DNA of 64,000 nucleotides, taken from assembly GCF_009914755.1 (NCBI RefSeq), contig NC_060935.1; one strand, written 5' to 3'. Origin of the DNA: the human T2T-CHM13v2.0 reference genome, Homo sapiens. Positions 14,812 through 30,262 of the stretch are shown in pieces. How positions within the stretch are numbered: position 1 is the stretch's first letter; each line of letters begins with the position of its first letter. A program made the position numbers and the translations under genes. The notes beneath the pieces were generated by a model. That model was not told the origin of the DNA and searched no databases. It worked only from the letters and a program-made list of their open reading frames with translations.

Positions 14812-15185
14812 TATATTAGTTTATTTGTACACTGCTATGAAGATACTATCCCAGACTGGGTCATTATAAAGGAAAGAGGTTTAATTGACTCACAGTTCTT
14901 CATGGCTGGGGGAGCCCTCAGGAAACTTAAAATCATGGCAGAAGGGGAAGCAGGCATGTCTTACATGACGGCAGGAGAGAGAGAGAGAGAGAAGCCCGGG
15001 GGACCAGGGGAAACTGCCATTTATAAAACTCTCAGATCTTGTGAGAAATCCCTCACCATCATGAGAACAGCATGGGGGAAACTGCTCCCAGGATCCAATC
15101 CCCTCCCACCAGGCCTCTCCCTCAACACCTAGGGATTACAATTCAAGATGAGATTTGGGTGGGGAAACAAAGCCTAACCATATCA
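14812..15185 (-). mobile_element. THE1 (MaLR) solo LTR nested in L1
   Basis: gactgggtcattataaaggaaagaggtttaattgactcacag ... aaccatatca; approximate TSD gaca(a/g). Confidence 0.85.
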
Positions 15186-16458
15186 GACAGAGATGTCCCA
15201 CATACTGTCTAATCCTACACTTGGATAGACTCTCCCATTGTCAACATCCCTCACCGGAGTGGTACATGTGTTACAATTGAACCTACATTGACACATCAAA
15301 ATCACCCAAGTTTCATAGTTTACATTAGAGTTCTTTCTTGGTGTTGTACATTTTATGAGTTTGGACAAATGTAAAATGACATGTATCTATCATTATAGTC
15401 ATATAGAGTATTTCACTCCCCTTTGTTCTGCCTATTCACCCCTACCCCTAATCCCAAAATCTGGAAACCACTGATCTTTCCACGGTCTTCATAGTTTTGC
15501 CAGTTCCAGAATGTAATATAGTTGGAATCATATAGTTTAAGCCTTTTCAGATTGGCTTCTTTCACTTAGCAATATGCATTTAATATTCCTCCATGTCTTT
15601 TTGTGGCTTGATAGCTCATTTCTTTTTAGTTCTGAATAATATTCCATTATCTAGATGTACCACAGGTTTTTTTTTTTTAATCTGTCCACCCACTGAAAAA
15701 TGTCTTGGTTGCTTCCAAGTTTTGGCAATTATGAATAAAGCTGTTTTAAATATCTGTGTGCAGGTTTTAAAAAACTGGATATAAGTTTTCAATTCACTTG
15801 GGTAAATACCCAGGGACATAATCGCTAGATTGTATGGTAAGAGGATGTTTAGTTTTGTGAGAAACTGCCAGACTGTCTTCCAAAGGGGCTGTACTATGTT
15901 GCATTCCCAAGAGCGATGAATGAGAATTCTTGTCACTCCATGTTATTGTCAGCATTTGTTGTTGTCAGTATTTTAGATTTTGGTCATTCTAATAGATGGT
16001 GTATTGGTATCTCATTGTTTTATTTTGCATTTTCCTGATGATAAATAATGGGGAGCACCTTTTAATATGCTTGTCATTTTTTGATGAGATATATATAAAG
16101 GGCTTTGGCTCATTTTTAAATTGAGTTTTTCTTTTCTTTGTGTTTTTAAGAGTTATTTGTATATTTTGCATGACAGTGTCTTTTGCAAATATTTTTTCCC
16201 AGTCTGTGGCTTGTCTTCTCATTCTCTTGACATTGTTTTTCACAGAGCAGAAGTTTTAAATTTTAATGAAGTCCATCTTATTATTTCTTGCTTGGATTAT
16301 GCCTTTGGTGTTTTATCTAAAAAGTCATTGCTATACCCAAGATCATCTAAGTTTTGTCCTATGTTATCTTCTAGGAGTTCTGTGGTTTTGCACTTCATAT
16401 TTAGGTCTATGATCCATTTTAAGTTAATTTTTGTGAAAGGTGTAAGGTCTGTGCCTAG

Positions 16459-16489
<31 letters not shown>

Positions 16490-17602
16490 TGCATGTGGAT
16501 GTCCAGTTGTTCTAGCAATGTTTGTTTAAAAGACTATCTGCTCCATTGTATTGCCTTTGCCTCTTTGTCAAAGATAAGTTGACTGTATTTATATGGGTCT
16601 ATTCCTGGGCTCTCTTTTGTGTCCTTTTAATCTATTTGTCTGTTCTTTTGTCAATACACACTGTCTTGATGACTCAGCTTTATTGTAAATCTTGAAGTTG
16701 GGTAGTGACAGTCCTCTGACTTGTCCCATGTGTTATCTAGATGCATATTATTTAGTCCCCATGTATTTTGGGATTTTCCACTTATCTTTCTCTTATTCAT
16801 TTCTACTTTAATCCCATTGTAATCTGACAGCAGGCATTGTATGATTTCTATCCTTTTCTATTTGTTAAGGTGTGTTTTATGGCCCAGAACATGGTCTGTC
16901 TTGGTGAATGTTCCATGTGAGCTTGAGAAGAATGTGCATTCTACTGCTGTTGGATGAACTAGTCTGTAGATATCAACTATATCCATTTGATTGATGGTGC
17001 TGTTGAGTTCAACTATGCCTTTACTAATTTTCTGCCAGCTGGATCTGTTCATTTCTGATAGGTGAGTACTGAAGTCTTCAAGTATGATAATGGATTCATT
17101 TATCTCTTCTTGCAGTTCTACTAGTTTTTGCTTAATGTAATTTGACATACTATTTTTAGGTGCATACATATTAAAAATTCTTAGGTCTTCTTGAAAGATT
17201 GACCCCTCTATTATTATGTAATGCTCTTTATTTCTGACAACTCTCCTTGATTTGAAGTCTGTTCTAAAATTAATATAGCTACCCCTACTTTCTTTTGATA
17301 AGTATTATCATGCTGTATTTTCCTCCATCCATCTACTTTTAATCTATATGTTTTTAGATTTAGATTGGGTTTCTTTTAGACAAGATATAGTGGGGTTTTG
17401 TTTTTTGGTCCACTCCAGCAATCTTTGTCTTTTAATTGGTACACTTAGCCTATGTTCAAAGTGATTACTGATATAGCTAGATTAATACCTACCATATTTG
17501 TTATTGTTTTCTACTTTTTGCCCTTGTTTTTTGTACCCATCTTTATTTTCCACTGAGCATTTTACGATTCCATTTTCTCCTTTTTCAGCATATCAGTTAT
17601 AC

Positions 17603-17895
17603 TTTTTTTTTTTTGAGACACAGTCTTGCTGTGTCACCCAGGCTGGAGTGCAGTGGTGTGATCTTGGCTCACTGCAAGCTCCGCCTCCTGGGTTCATGCC
17701 ATTCTCCTGCCTCAGCCTCCCCAGTAGCTAGGACCACAGGCACCCGCCACCATGCCTGGCTAATTTTTTGTATTTTTAGTAGAGGTGGGGTTTCACCATG
17801 TTAGCCAGGATGGTCTTGATCTCCTGACCTTGTGATCCGCCTACCCCAGCCTCCCAAAGTGCTGGGATTACAGGTGTGAGCCACCGTGCCAGGCC
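17603..17895 (-). mobile_element. AluY
   Basis: gcaagctccgcc diagnostic; TSD cagttatactttt. Confidence 0.92.
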
Positions 17896-18194
17896 CAGTT
17901 ATACTTTTAAAAAAAATTTTAGTAGTTGCCTTAGATTACAATATATATTTACAGTCAATTCAAGTCCACTTCCAAATAACACTGTACCACTTCACAGGTA
18001 GTGTGATTGTTTTATAATAACAAAATCTTAATTCCTTCCTCCCATCCCTTGTATCATTGCTGTCATTCATTTCATTTCACTTATATATAAATGTAAATAT
18101 ATATGATATATGCATAAGCATACATAATTGAATACATTATTGCTATTACTAGACAAACTGCTATCTGTTAGGTCAGCTAAGAATAATAAAAATA

Positions 18195-18498
18195 GGCCAG
18201 GTGCAGTGGCTCATGCTTGTAATCCCAGCACTTTAGGATGCCAAGGTGGGAGAATCGCTGGAGTCCAGGAGTCCAGGATCAGCATGGGCAATATAGTGAG
18301 ACCTTGTCTGTACAAAAAATTAAAACCAAAAAAATTAGATGGACATGGTGGCACACGACTGTAGTCCCAGCTACTCAGGAGGCTGAAGTGGGAGGGCTGC
18401 TTGAGAGCCTAGCAGGTGGAGGTTGCAGTGAGCCAAGACTGCACCGTTGCACTCCAGGCTGGGCAACAAAATGAGACCCTGTCTCAAAGAAAAAAAAA
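18195..18498 (+). mobile_element. AluJ
   Basis: dimeric Alu, J-type. Confidence 0.9.
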
Positions 18499-20329
18499 GT
18501 TTTTATTTTACCTTCACTTATTCCTTCTTCGATGGTCTTCCCTTTTTTTTTTTTTTTAAATGCAGATCCAAGTTTCTGACCTACATCATTTTCCTTTTTT
18601 CTGAGGAACATCTTTTAACATTTCTTGAAAAGCAGGTTTACTGGCAATTAATTCCCTTAATTTTTGTTTGTCTGAAAAATAATTTCTCCTTTGCTTTTGA
18701 AAAATAATTTTACAGGATGCAGAATTTTAGGTTGGTGTTTTCTTTTTCTCAACACTTGAAATGTCTTATGGTACTCTCTTTTTGCTTGGTTTCTGAGAAG
18801 TAGTTCAATATAATTCTCATCTTTGTTTCTCTATAGATGAGGTGTTCCTTTCCCTCTCTCTGCCTGGCTTCTTTCAGGATTTGTTTTTAGCTCTGATTTT
18901 CTGTACTTTGAAAATGATATTCCTAGGTATCTTTTTTTGGGTATTTATCCAGCTTGGTGTTATTTGAGCTTCCTGGATCTGTGGTTTCATGTCTGACATT
19001 AGAGGGAAATTCTGAGTAATTGTTTCAAGCATTTCCTCTAATATTTCTCCCTCTTCTCCTGGTATTCCCATTATGGGTACACACCTTCTGTAGTTGCCTC
19101 ACAATCCTTGGATATTCTGGGTTTTTTTTTTCCAGTCTTTGTTCGCTTTCCTTTTGAAGTTTCCTTGTCACATCTTCAAGCTCAGAGATTTTTTACTAAG
19201 TCATGTCCAGTCCACTAGTAAGCCTATCAAAGGCATTCTTCATTTCTGTTACAGTGTTTTTAGTTGCTAGCATTTATTTTTGGTTCTTTCTTAGGATTTC
19301 AATCTCTCTGCTTATGTAGCCCATCTGTTCTTGCATGCTGTCTACTATATCCGTTAGAGCCCTTAGCATATTAGCCATAGTTGTTTTAAATTGCCAGTGT
19401 GATAGTTCCAACATCCCTGCCATGTCTGGCTCTGATGGTTGCTCTGTCTCTTCATATTGTATGTTTTGCCTTTTAGTATGCCTTGTAATTTTTTCTTGAT
19501 AGCTGGAAGTGATGTACTGGGTAAAAGTAACTGCTATAAATAGGCCTTTAGTAATGTAGGGGTAGAGTGTGGGGGGTGGGAAAGCATTCTATAGTCCTAT
19601 GATCAGGTCTCAGTCTTTTAGTGAGCCTGTGCCTCTGGACTGTGAACTTTACAAATGTTTCTCAGATTTTTCCTTTCTCCTTAGGTGGGACAGAATGGCT
19701 AAAGTGGACTGGAGTTGGTCATTTTCCTTCTCTCAGGTCAGTTAGGCTCTGATAATATCCCAGCAGGTTAGGCTCTGGTGAACTAGTTTCTTCTGAGGGC
19801 AGGTCATTAAGGACAACAGAGTACTCTGGCATATTTAAAAATGGTATTTTTTTCTTCCTCCCACCTGAAGCACAAGGAGATTTTTCTCTTATATTTACCT
19901 GGATATTTGGCTGTGGGAATCTGGTTGAGCTCTGGGAAGTAAACCTTAAAATATGTGGGGACCCTCCCTCCATGACTGGGTTCCCCTGGAGGTTTTAACT
20001 CTTGGTGTTGTCCACACTGAGCCTCCAGAAATTTGTCAATTACACTTTGAGTTTTCTTACCCAGCATTGGTTCTTGATGCTGTTTCTGCATGTGAGTCCG
20101 TTTCAGGAAGCCATTCCTCCTGGTATTTGCCTTTCTGTCTCTCCAATTTTAGGGGCAGCAGTTTGTCCTGTGTCCTCCCTCATCTTATGGACCCAAGAAG
20201 AGTTGTTGATTTTTCTGTCTGGTCAACTTTTTAGTTGTTAGGATGGAGTGGTGACTTCCTTACATACAGCACCAAGAAATGGAAGTCAAATGAGAACATT
20301 TAATAGAGAGTAAGGATGGGGGTGTGTGC

Positions 20330-21455
20330 CAAGAATGGCTAAAGAAGGGATAATTTGAGCTGAGTTGTGAAGAATGAGTTGGAATTAAGTAGATGAAATG
20401 GATCAGAGAGGTAGAGAGTGGAAGTGAGTTGAAAATGATTTTGGCAAAGGGAATGACAGGGGCAAAAACTTATGGTGAGAGTATGATGTGATGGAGCAAC
20501 TGAAAGACAGTTGACTGGCTGCTCTGTAGATGTGGGGAGGCAGTGTATTCTAAAGTAGGCTAGAGAGAAAGGAAGGGGTCAAGTAATACAGGGCCTTGTA
20601 AGTCATATTAAGGATGTTGACCTTTATGTTAAGCCTGATGGGAAGCCATTAAGTGTTTTGAGCTGGAGGTCAAGGAGAAGTTGAATTATATGATCAGTTT
20701 ATATTTGGAAAAGATTACTCTGGTTGCCATGTGGGGAATGAATAGGAGGGTCAAGAATACCTATAGCAATAGTCTTGGTGAGAACAAATGGTAGCTTGGT
20801 CTGAAACTGGTAATAGTAGAAATGCAGAGGAATGCAATGAATGAGGGGCAACTTGGAGATAAAATCTACAGATTATGGTGATGGACTGGATGTTAGGGGT
20901 GAGGGATAAGAGAAGTCTCAAGGATGACTTCTGAGTTCCTGGCTCATATAACTGAATAGATAGTGGTGCCATTCACTGAGACCGAAATCCTGGATAAAAG
21001 ACAAGATTTAAGAGAAGAAAGATTGTGGTTTTGGGCAAGTTGAAGGGCCTTTTTGTGATATATAAGCAGGCAGTTGGATAAACGGGTCCAGAATCTCAAA
21101 GAGGGGGTGGCAAGGAGTCTGGGTCTGTAAATAAACATTTGGGAATCATCCTGAGTGTGGGTGTGACTGCTGAAGTGGAGAGTATAGAGTGAAAAGAGAA
21201 GCAACCTAGGACTGTACCTTGAAAAACCCTACCATTTAATGGTTGGGTGGAGGAGGATAAGCCTGCAAGGGAGACTGAAGAAATGGCCAGACAGTTAGGA
21301 GAAAACCCAAATGAGAGTAGTAGTATAAAAGCCAAAAGGAGAGGTGCTTAAACGGGGAGGGAGTGATCAATAGTGTCAGACATGGCTGAGGGCTCAGAAT
21401 TAAATACGTTTATTGAATGTATTGACAAAGAGACCATTGGTGACTTCAGCAAGAG
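20330..21455 (-). mobile_element. L2 relic including RT-like segment
   Basis: ORF 21096..21335 GRVFQGTVLG resembles L2 RT GVPQGSVLG. Confidence 0.8.
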
Positions 21456-23589
21456 CTGAAGTCAAAGTCAAACTACTATTTATTACCTTTCACAAATTAT
21501 CTATTGCAACAAGGATGAAGATAAACTTCAAACTGAGCAAAACACATAAATTAACTTTCATCAGTGTATATATTCATCATTGTATATTCCTGCTGCTTCT
21601 GTATGTTTTAGCAAAGTTTAATATTATGTAATTATAGTTCTTAGAAGGCCCTGTCATCATTTTACAGATGTGAACTGGGTAAAACTTGAGTCCATGGAAG
21701 CAGGAAGGCTGTGGGTCTTCCACGTAGCACACTGCTCTTTCCATTGCATTATGCTCTGGGAATATGTTTCTTTGTTCAAATCATCCTTTACTATTCTGCT
21801 ATACTATTCCATATATCAGTATTTTAATTTTAGAAGATAAGTTTTATAACATCAGGAAACATATCTGTTTTTTGACATTAATGACTTTTTCAAGCATATA
21901 GTATTGTATAATTTACAGAACAGGCATGTAGGATTTTTAAATAATGATCATATGTAAGATACAGTATCCTGTTACTTGGCACGGTGTTTAAACATATGGT
22001 TTTGAGCGCATGGAATGTTAAGAATTTGAAGCCAAATGAAGGTTGAACTGAATATAGAGTATATGTCTAGGGATTAGTTCTTTATAAGAGTGATTCTTGG
22101 CATTTCAGTGTTTGATTGAAATAAGTAAGAACCCTGGCTTCCCTTAAAATATGAAAGTAGTATATCCTTCAATTTGCTTTTTAGACTTGATATTTTTCAT
22201 TTTGAGATTTAATGATATCCTCTCTGACTCTTTGGGATGTCAGAAAACGTCAAATTTAGAAATTACAGTCTGTAAGCTTTCCAAATCTATTCCGATTGGA
22301 TTGCAGGGGCCTAAAGCCTCCTAAGGCAAATGATATGCATAGTTTTCTTTCTCTTCAATGAGAAATAGCAAATTTTAGTTTAGAATAATTAGTTCTGCTC
22401 TTATATAATGTTATCTGTTAGGCTTTATGGAATAAAACAGTACAGTGGGCTTGAATATATCATCCAAATGAAGAAAGACAGAATCCTCAAATTTTCAATT
22501 AAACTCAGCTGAGTCTTTTCACTGGGGTTTGGTTGCAAACTATACACTTTCTCCTGGCTCTAATGAAATCATTTCATCTTCAGTGTAGTTGTTTTCCTAA
22601 AATACGAGCTTTTAGAGGTGAAAGACTGTTAGAGTCATAAATTTAACAATTTTGACTTAATAACTTTGAAAGTTCTCCATGTACATCTGGATACTGAGAT
22701 TTTGCATTTGTGAATTAATGAAATTTTTGGTCATGATGAAAATTTTAATTCAGTATACAGTTAGGACTGGTTCTTAGTTCTTAGCAGCCTGTAGTAGAAT
22801 CTATGGGCTGTGGGGGTGGGGAGGAGTGGGGAACAAGGTAGGGTGGGCAGAGTAAGGGAAATGCCTGATTATAGAAAGTGATTAATGAGGGGCAGAATCT
22901 TGGCCCTCGTGCTCACTGTAGCTTGCAGCCCTAATTTTATTAATGGGTGAGTGAGTTTCCATCACCAAACTTGTTCCCAGATAGTCATAAAAGTCATTGC
23001 TACTTCTCATCCACCAAACCTGCCCCTTTCCTGGCCTATTAATAAAAATATTTATAACTCTGATATACCAGAATTAAAAGATTGCACTCTCCGTGTTTTA
23101 GCTAGTGGTTTAAATTGTTAGAAAAAAGATAAACCAATAAACCAATAAAACAAGCAGTTTCCAAAGTGGAAAAAGGATTGGGCTTTTGTCACCAGCTGCA
23201 TCTATGTCCCTAAATGGCAAGTTTGTTAATGTCACTGTTCTTGATTTTTTATTTTGAGAATTAAAACGTAACAGTCTTGATTTGCAGAGAGTTCTTAACT
23301 GGAAAGTATCTTTGATAAACACATGGTTAGGTCTGGAAGGGCGATGTTAACACAGATATAATTTTCTAGACTTTGAAATATTAGTCATACTACAGTATAG
23401 GTTCATATCATACATTAACACTTTCATTATTGGCAACTACCTATTTTTCTACCACACTTGTTTGGAACACAGCTCAGAACAAGAAGATAAACTTGGAAGG
23501 CTTTCCTCCAGTCAGTCAAAATTGATAGTGCCAAGTGTATGCATTAATTCAAAGTAAAGCTCCTTGTCCTACTCAAATGTGTGTTTTTA

Positions 23590-23988
<399 letters not shown>

Positions 23989-24550
23989 CTAGTAGAGCAA
24001 GTGACAGCTGGTAGCTTAGCAGTGAAAAATGAGAATAAAATGCAGATTTGAGGATTTAGCAAAAATAGAAGTGTAGGAAAAGTTAATGTACACACAACAG
24101 CCTTTCACGCCTTAGTGGCCTTTTGCCTTATTCCTGTGTTGTGGAATGGTGTGAGAATGAACGTTCTTATTAATCAGATGGCACAGAATAGACACCCGAT
24201 AAACGGTTGCTGGGTCATTAAGAAAAGGTTGGGTTATACTTGATTAACTCTCTTTACAGAATAAAGAAAAGGGTGTGACAGAGTTCCCTTTGCTGTAGAA
24301 ATATTTTCTTTAAAAATGTATTATTATTATTATTTTAAATCACATCTTCTGAACTTAAGGGAGTAAGCCTTAGTTACCAAGAAAATTAACTTTTGGGAAT
24401 GGCCTTGTTTTTTGTTAATTCTAAATTAATCAGGAATTAATGTCATTTGCTTCCACATTTCATATTTACATTTTTATTTATTAGCACTAAGATACTGTCA
24501 CATGGGTGCGCATATAAATTGAATAATTTCTGGTTACTTTTGAATTTCAG

Positions 24551-24612
24551 AAGTCTCTATTATCTGGGGGAATGTATCAGAATTTGTGAGACGGCAGTTA
24601 ACCCTGCACAAG
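24551..24612 (+). CDS. CCDC81: CCDC81 exon 2 (EVSIIWGNVSEFVRRQLTLHK)
   Basis: acceptor tttcag|AA, donor AAG|gtaaga; 62 nt. Confidence 0.95.
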
Positions 24613-25179
24613 GTAAGATTTATTAATTTATTAATTTATTAATAAATTAATTTATTAATTTTAATGTAGGCATCTAAAGGATCCTTCCTTCATAGTCTTA
24701 TATAATGTTGCTGGGAGCAGGGCAGTAGACTTTAGAGCCATCCTGTTTAACTTTCAGTCCTATGTTTTTTGATGCTCATGTTCGGACTTGTGGGTAATAG
24801 ATTTAACAAACATGAATTTTATTTTTAGGTAATGAATTTGTAAGTTCTGCTCTTCTAGTGTTACAGAGTGTAGTGCTGATCAGCCTGGGTGTGTGTAAGG
24901 AAACTAGATGAGTTCTGTTTGTCTGTGATCTGATAGTTCCTGGCATAGCTATAGAAGGATATAACGCTTCTTGTCTTGCCTCCTTGCAGGGAATGGATTT
25001 TAACTGAAATAGAAGACTTGCCAAAATGAGAAACTTTGCCTAGGGCTGGACTGTTCCCTCCTGTTAAGTCTTGGGTTTAGATGCCATAGAACTGGACAGA
25101 GATTTGGGGATGAGCTTGGGGGAAGCTGGGAAGTTGTGGAACTTTTATACCCCATTCAGAGGTCCTACTATGAGAGCTC

Positions 25180-25460
25180 TTGGGCAGAATTCATACTTCA
25201 AATTTATTTTGTTTTGTTTGAGAATTTGAATTTGTTATCAGCACTTAAACTTGGGAAAAATCATATAATGTTTTGGATTTTTTCCCTCCCTTTCATTGAA
25301 AAATCAGCAGATCTAACAGTACTAGTCTTCCATTGCTACGTGGTGACACATTTGGAGCTCAAGATGTGCTCTCCCCTTTAGACGGGGTGTGCAGTCCATA
25401 GCCATCACATTCCCTGGCTGGCTACTTTCACTCTCTTGCTTTCTTTTTTGGCTCCTGTAG
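25180..25460. mobile_element. hAT-Charlie DNA transposon relic (MER103-like)
   Basis: ttgaaaaatcagcagatct motif; related sequence in opposite orientation at ~37460-37720. Confidence 0.45.
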
Positions 25461-26015
25461 GCATTTGAGTTTGTAGTCCTTGATGAATGATATCTCCAGG
25501 GAGACAGAAACCCAGTATGAGAGGCAAAAACATTTGCTTCTACTCATCAGCCAGGATCACTACATTGCAGCATATGATTTGGATGCTGGTTGTCTGCTGT
25601 GGCAGACATAAAATCTAAAAGTAGGAATGAGAAAGCAGAGATTCTCATGCCCTCTTAAATTCCTCTAATGGCAGATGATTAAAATTTAAAATGTCACACA
25701 ATTTAGGACAGGAGTAATCTGGGTTAAAGATTAAAAGATGCTATGGCATTCACACCAATTTCTTAGCCTTTTGATGATACAGAGATGAGCGATCTGATGT
25801 CTGCAAATCATCATGGACCAATGTATTACATTTTATACTAAGCTTATTTGAAAACTTAGAATTATAAAATGCTATAGCTCTGAAGAGTCCTAGAGATCAC
25901 TGAATTTTTAAGGCCTAAGCTTACTTCTCTTCGTGTTTTTTAGATAATAATATTAAGGATTATTTTTTCTTCACTCCTTCAATGAATTCTGTTTTGTTTT
26001 GTTTTTTCCTTTCAG

Positions 26016-26172
26016 GGGGTTCAGATTCCAGCATTTGGAACTTTCACTTTCATAAGACAAAAGCTTGAGGTGGGAAACAACAAATTTATCTTAATCCAGA
26101 GGCCTGTGTTTATCATGGTGGAGAAGCTAGTGCAGATCCATGGACTCAAACAAAACAAAGTATATACTCCTG
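26016..26172 (+). CDS. CCDC81: CCDC81 exon 3 (GVQIPAFGTFTF...KVYTP), first HU-like domain core
   Basis: long pyrimidine tract + cag acceptor; donor CTG|gtaaat; 157 nt. Confidence 0.95.
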
Positions 26173-26672
26173 GTAAATAATTCTGATATGTAGGATTTTC
26201 CCAGAAGGTTACTGTCCTGGGGATAAAAAATGAAAGGGCAAAGCGTAGCCAGTGCTGCTGTCTTACCTTCTTATTTGAGGAACTCACTTTTCACAAGGTG
26301 CTTTTGGCAGAGGGAGGGGCCAAAGTGGAAAAATAATAGAGTCTTCCTGAAGGCCATTTTAAACCCCAGTAACCTAAGAGGAAGGAGTGAAAAAACCTGA
26401 TGTAACGTAAAGGAAAATTTATGTAAAAGCCACACCACAGAGCTGTAAGCCCTTTATTTCAGATCCTAAGAAATTAAAAGTGGTTACAAAGAAGAGAAAG
26501 TTAATTAGGATCTCTGGTTGGGAGAACTACAGTCAGTATCAGCTGTCAAAAAGATAACTGTCTTTCTATCATATGTATAATCCAAATCATTAAAATTTAA
26601 AAGTTAGAAGTTGAATAATTCTATAAAGACTTAATGCATACCTTATATACCTTTCGCATACCCTAAAGCCAA

Positions 26673-26750
26673 CCTCCCTCCCTCCCTCCTTTCCTCCTTC
26701 CCTCCTTCCCTCCTTCCTTCCTTCCTTCCTTCCTTCCTTCCTTCCTTCTT
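26673..26750. repeat. (CCCT)n/(CCTT)n microsatellite at the tail of an antisense L2 end (to ~26840)
   Basis: ccttccttcc run followed by caaatatttattgagagccaactatgtgtcag. Confidence 0.9.
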
Positions 26751-27504
26751 CAAATATTTATTGAGAGCCAACTATGTGTCAGACCTTGTTCCAGGTGCTT
26801 GAGATATAGTGGTAAACAAAATAGGCATAATCCCTGCAACAGACTGCTTCCATCCAGCTTTAGTGTGTGGGCTTCGTAACACCTCCCTTGGTTACTTAGC
26901 AGCCTTTGGGTGCATACTTCCTGATTCCTGGCTGTGTTCCTTTCGACCTTCCTGATTGTCCCCGCCCCCAGCATCAGACTCACTCCTGGATAAATGGAGA
27001 CAATCTATCTCCGATGGCAACAGGTGAAAAGGCTGAAACTGTCCTCTAAGATAATGTTCCTGAAAGTTAATTTTCAGAGTCACTTGAGTAACTTTCTACT
27101 TTCAAAAGAATGATATATTAGAAAAACAAATGTCAACAAACCATACTTAGAATTTCTTAGGTATATATTCAGTATGGTGGGCTTGATGAACTTTTCAGCT
27201 ATTTTTACCTAGAATTTTTTTTTCTTTTCTTTGTTTCTCCCTTTCATGGGAACAAAAAGAAATACCTAGAGTTTTATGTCAGAAGAAATATATCCTATTT
27301 CATCAAAAACCTATTAAAGAAAATGAAAATAAGCTAACATTTTTGCAAAAACATCTGTGCATTAAAATTAAAGCTCATTTTCTATCTTGGATCTTGTACT
27401 GTAGTCCAAAAAAGTAGTTTAGATCTAAAATTATATTTTTTACTGGGTGAGGCAATTTCAGAATTAGACATATATGACTGAATTAGTTCAAAAGAATAAT
27501 TCTA

Positions 27505-27790
27505 GGCCGGGCATGGTGGCACATGCAATGGTGGCACATGCTTGCAATCCCAGAATTTTGGAGGCTAAGGAGGGAGGATCACTTGAGGCCAGAAGTTCAA
27601 GACCAGCCTTGGCAACATAGCAAGCTCCTGCCTCTACAAAAAATTATTTAAAAAACTTAGACGGGCATGATGGTTCACACCACCAGTCCCAACTACTTGG
27701 GAGGCTGAGGCAAGAGGATCACTTCAGCCCAGGAGTTGAAGGCTGCAAAATAATAATAATAATAATAAGATAAATAAGGAAATAAATAAA
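27505..27790 (+). mobile_element. AluJ with internal 15-bp duplication, shortened right arm and (AAT)n tail
   Basis: atggtggcacatgc appears twice in tandem. Confidence 0.88.
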
Positions 27791-27872
27791 AATTTAAAAC
27801 CCCCAAAGAAAAATTTCTGTCTACAGTTTAGCTTTGGGGTTATGATTCTTCATCATTAATTAACTAGGTAAC

Positions 27873-28243
27873 TGTATTAGTCTGTTCTCACACTGTTATA
27901 AATAACTAGCTAAGACTGGGTAATTTATGAAGAAAAGAGGCTTAATTGACTCATAGTTCTGCAGGCTTAACAGGAAGCATGGCTAAGAGGCCTCAGGAAA
28001 CTTACAATCATGGCAGAAGGCAAAGGGGAAGCAAGCACATCTTACCATGGCGGAGCAGGAGAGAGCAAGCATGAAATGGGGAGGCACCACACACTTTTAA
28101 ACCATGAGATCTCATGAGAACTCACTCACTATTATGAGAACAGCAAGGGGGAAATTCACTCCCATGACCCAATCACCTCCCACCAGGCCCCTCCTCCAAT
28201 TAGACATGAGATTTGGGCAGGGACACAAATCCAGACCATATCA
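27873..28243 (-). mobile_element. MSTA/THE1 MaLR solo LTR
   Basis: TG...CA termini; perfect 5-bp TSD gtaac. Confidence 0.9.
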
Positions 28244-28334
28244 GTAACTAATCAAACATTTTATAGTGGTTTTTAAATATTAGTAAGACATAGTTCTTTT
28301 AAATCTAGCATAGATAATTAATATATAAGAAATG

Positions 28335-29710
<1,376 letters not shown>

Positions 29711-30262
29711 TTTAAGAAATGTGTATTTTTTTTAAAAATGGAGGGTGGTGGTTAGAATTATTGTTAAATTGTGCAGGAGACAGCAGGCTGATGCAGTGAA
29801 GCTCAGGTCTTGTTAATTTTCATCATTTAGCAGTGGTGGACATTTGAAAGGATATAACTCATGCTTACTGAGTGAATGTTTAGAATATTCTCATCTTCTC
29901 TATGTCCTCTTTATCAGTGGACCTTGTTGTTGTCTCTCTTTGGCTTTGTCATCTTGATCCTCTTTGCTATTTACCCTTTTTCTGACTCGTGAACCTTGTA
30001 TTGCTCCTACATCTGTTCTAGTTGGATAGACCCTGTGCTTCTTTCAAGCTAGATATAATCGTATTCCTTTGTAGTGTCATATATGGGCTCATTAGAGAGG
30101 AAAAGCTTTCTGTGAGTCATTTAGTCTGATACCCTTGTATAAGACCCTATTTCATTTAAATGATAACTTCTAGTGAAGATGGGTATCTTTTCAAAATATT
30201 TAACACTTGTAGGTATTTGTAATCATGTAAAAATGGCATGATAACTGGAGGAGATAGGCAAA

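Larger units (their letters stand above)
14755..20290 (-). mobile_element. Large old L1M (L1MC/MD-like): 5' region, ORF1, endonuclease and 3' end, RT region largely deleted
   Basis: ORF1-like 18874..19071 (PQIQEAQITPS), EN-like 16858..17169 (HGTFTKTDHVLGHK), C-terminal ORF2-like 16297..16518, 15989..16243, 15616..15936. Confidence 0.88.

Noticed and set aside
22805-22860. G-run cluster as a G-quadruplex (also ~60832-60860)
   Set aside because: Possible but frequent by chance and deep intronic; nothing else supports function
25772-25815. TGATGA...CTGA as a C/D snoRNA in intron 2 (a similar pair occurs at ~46444-46622 in intron 8)
   Set aside because: Box spacing, terminal stem and distance from the 3' splice site do not fit
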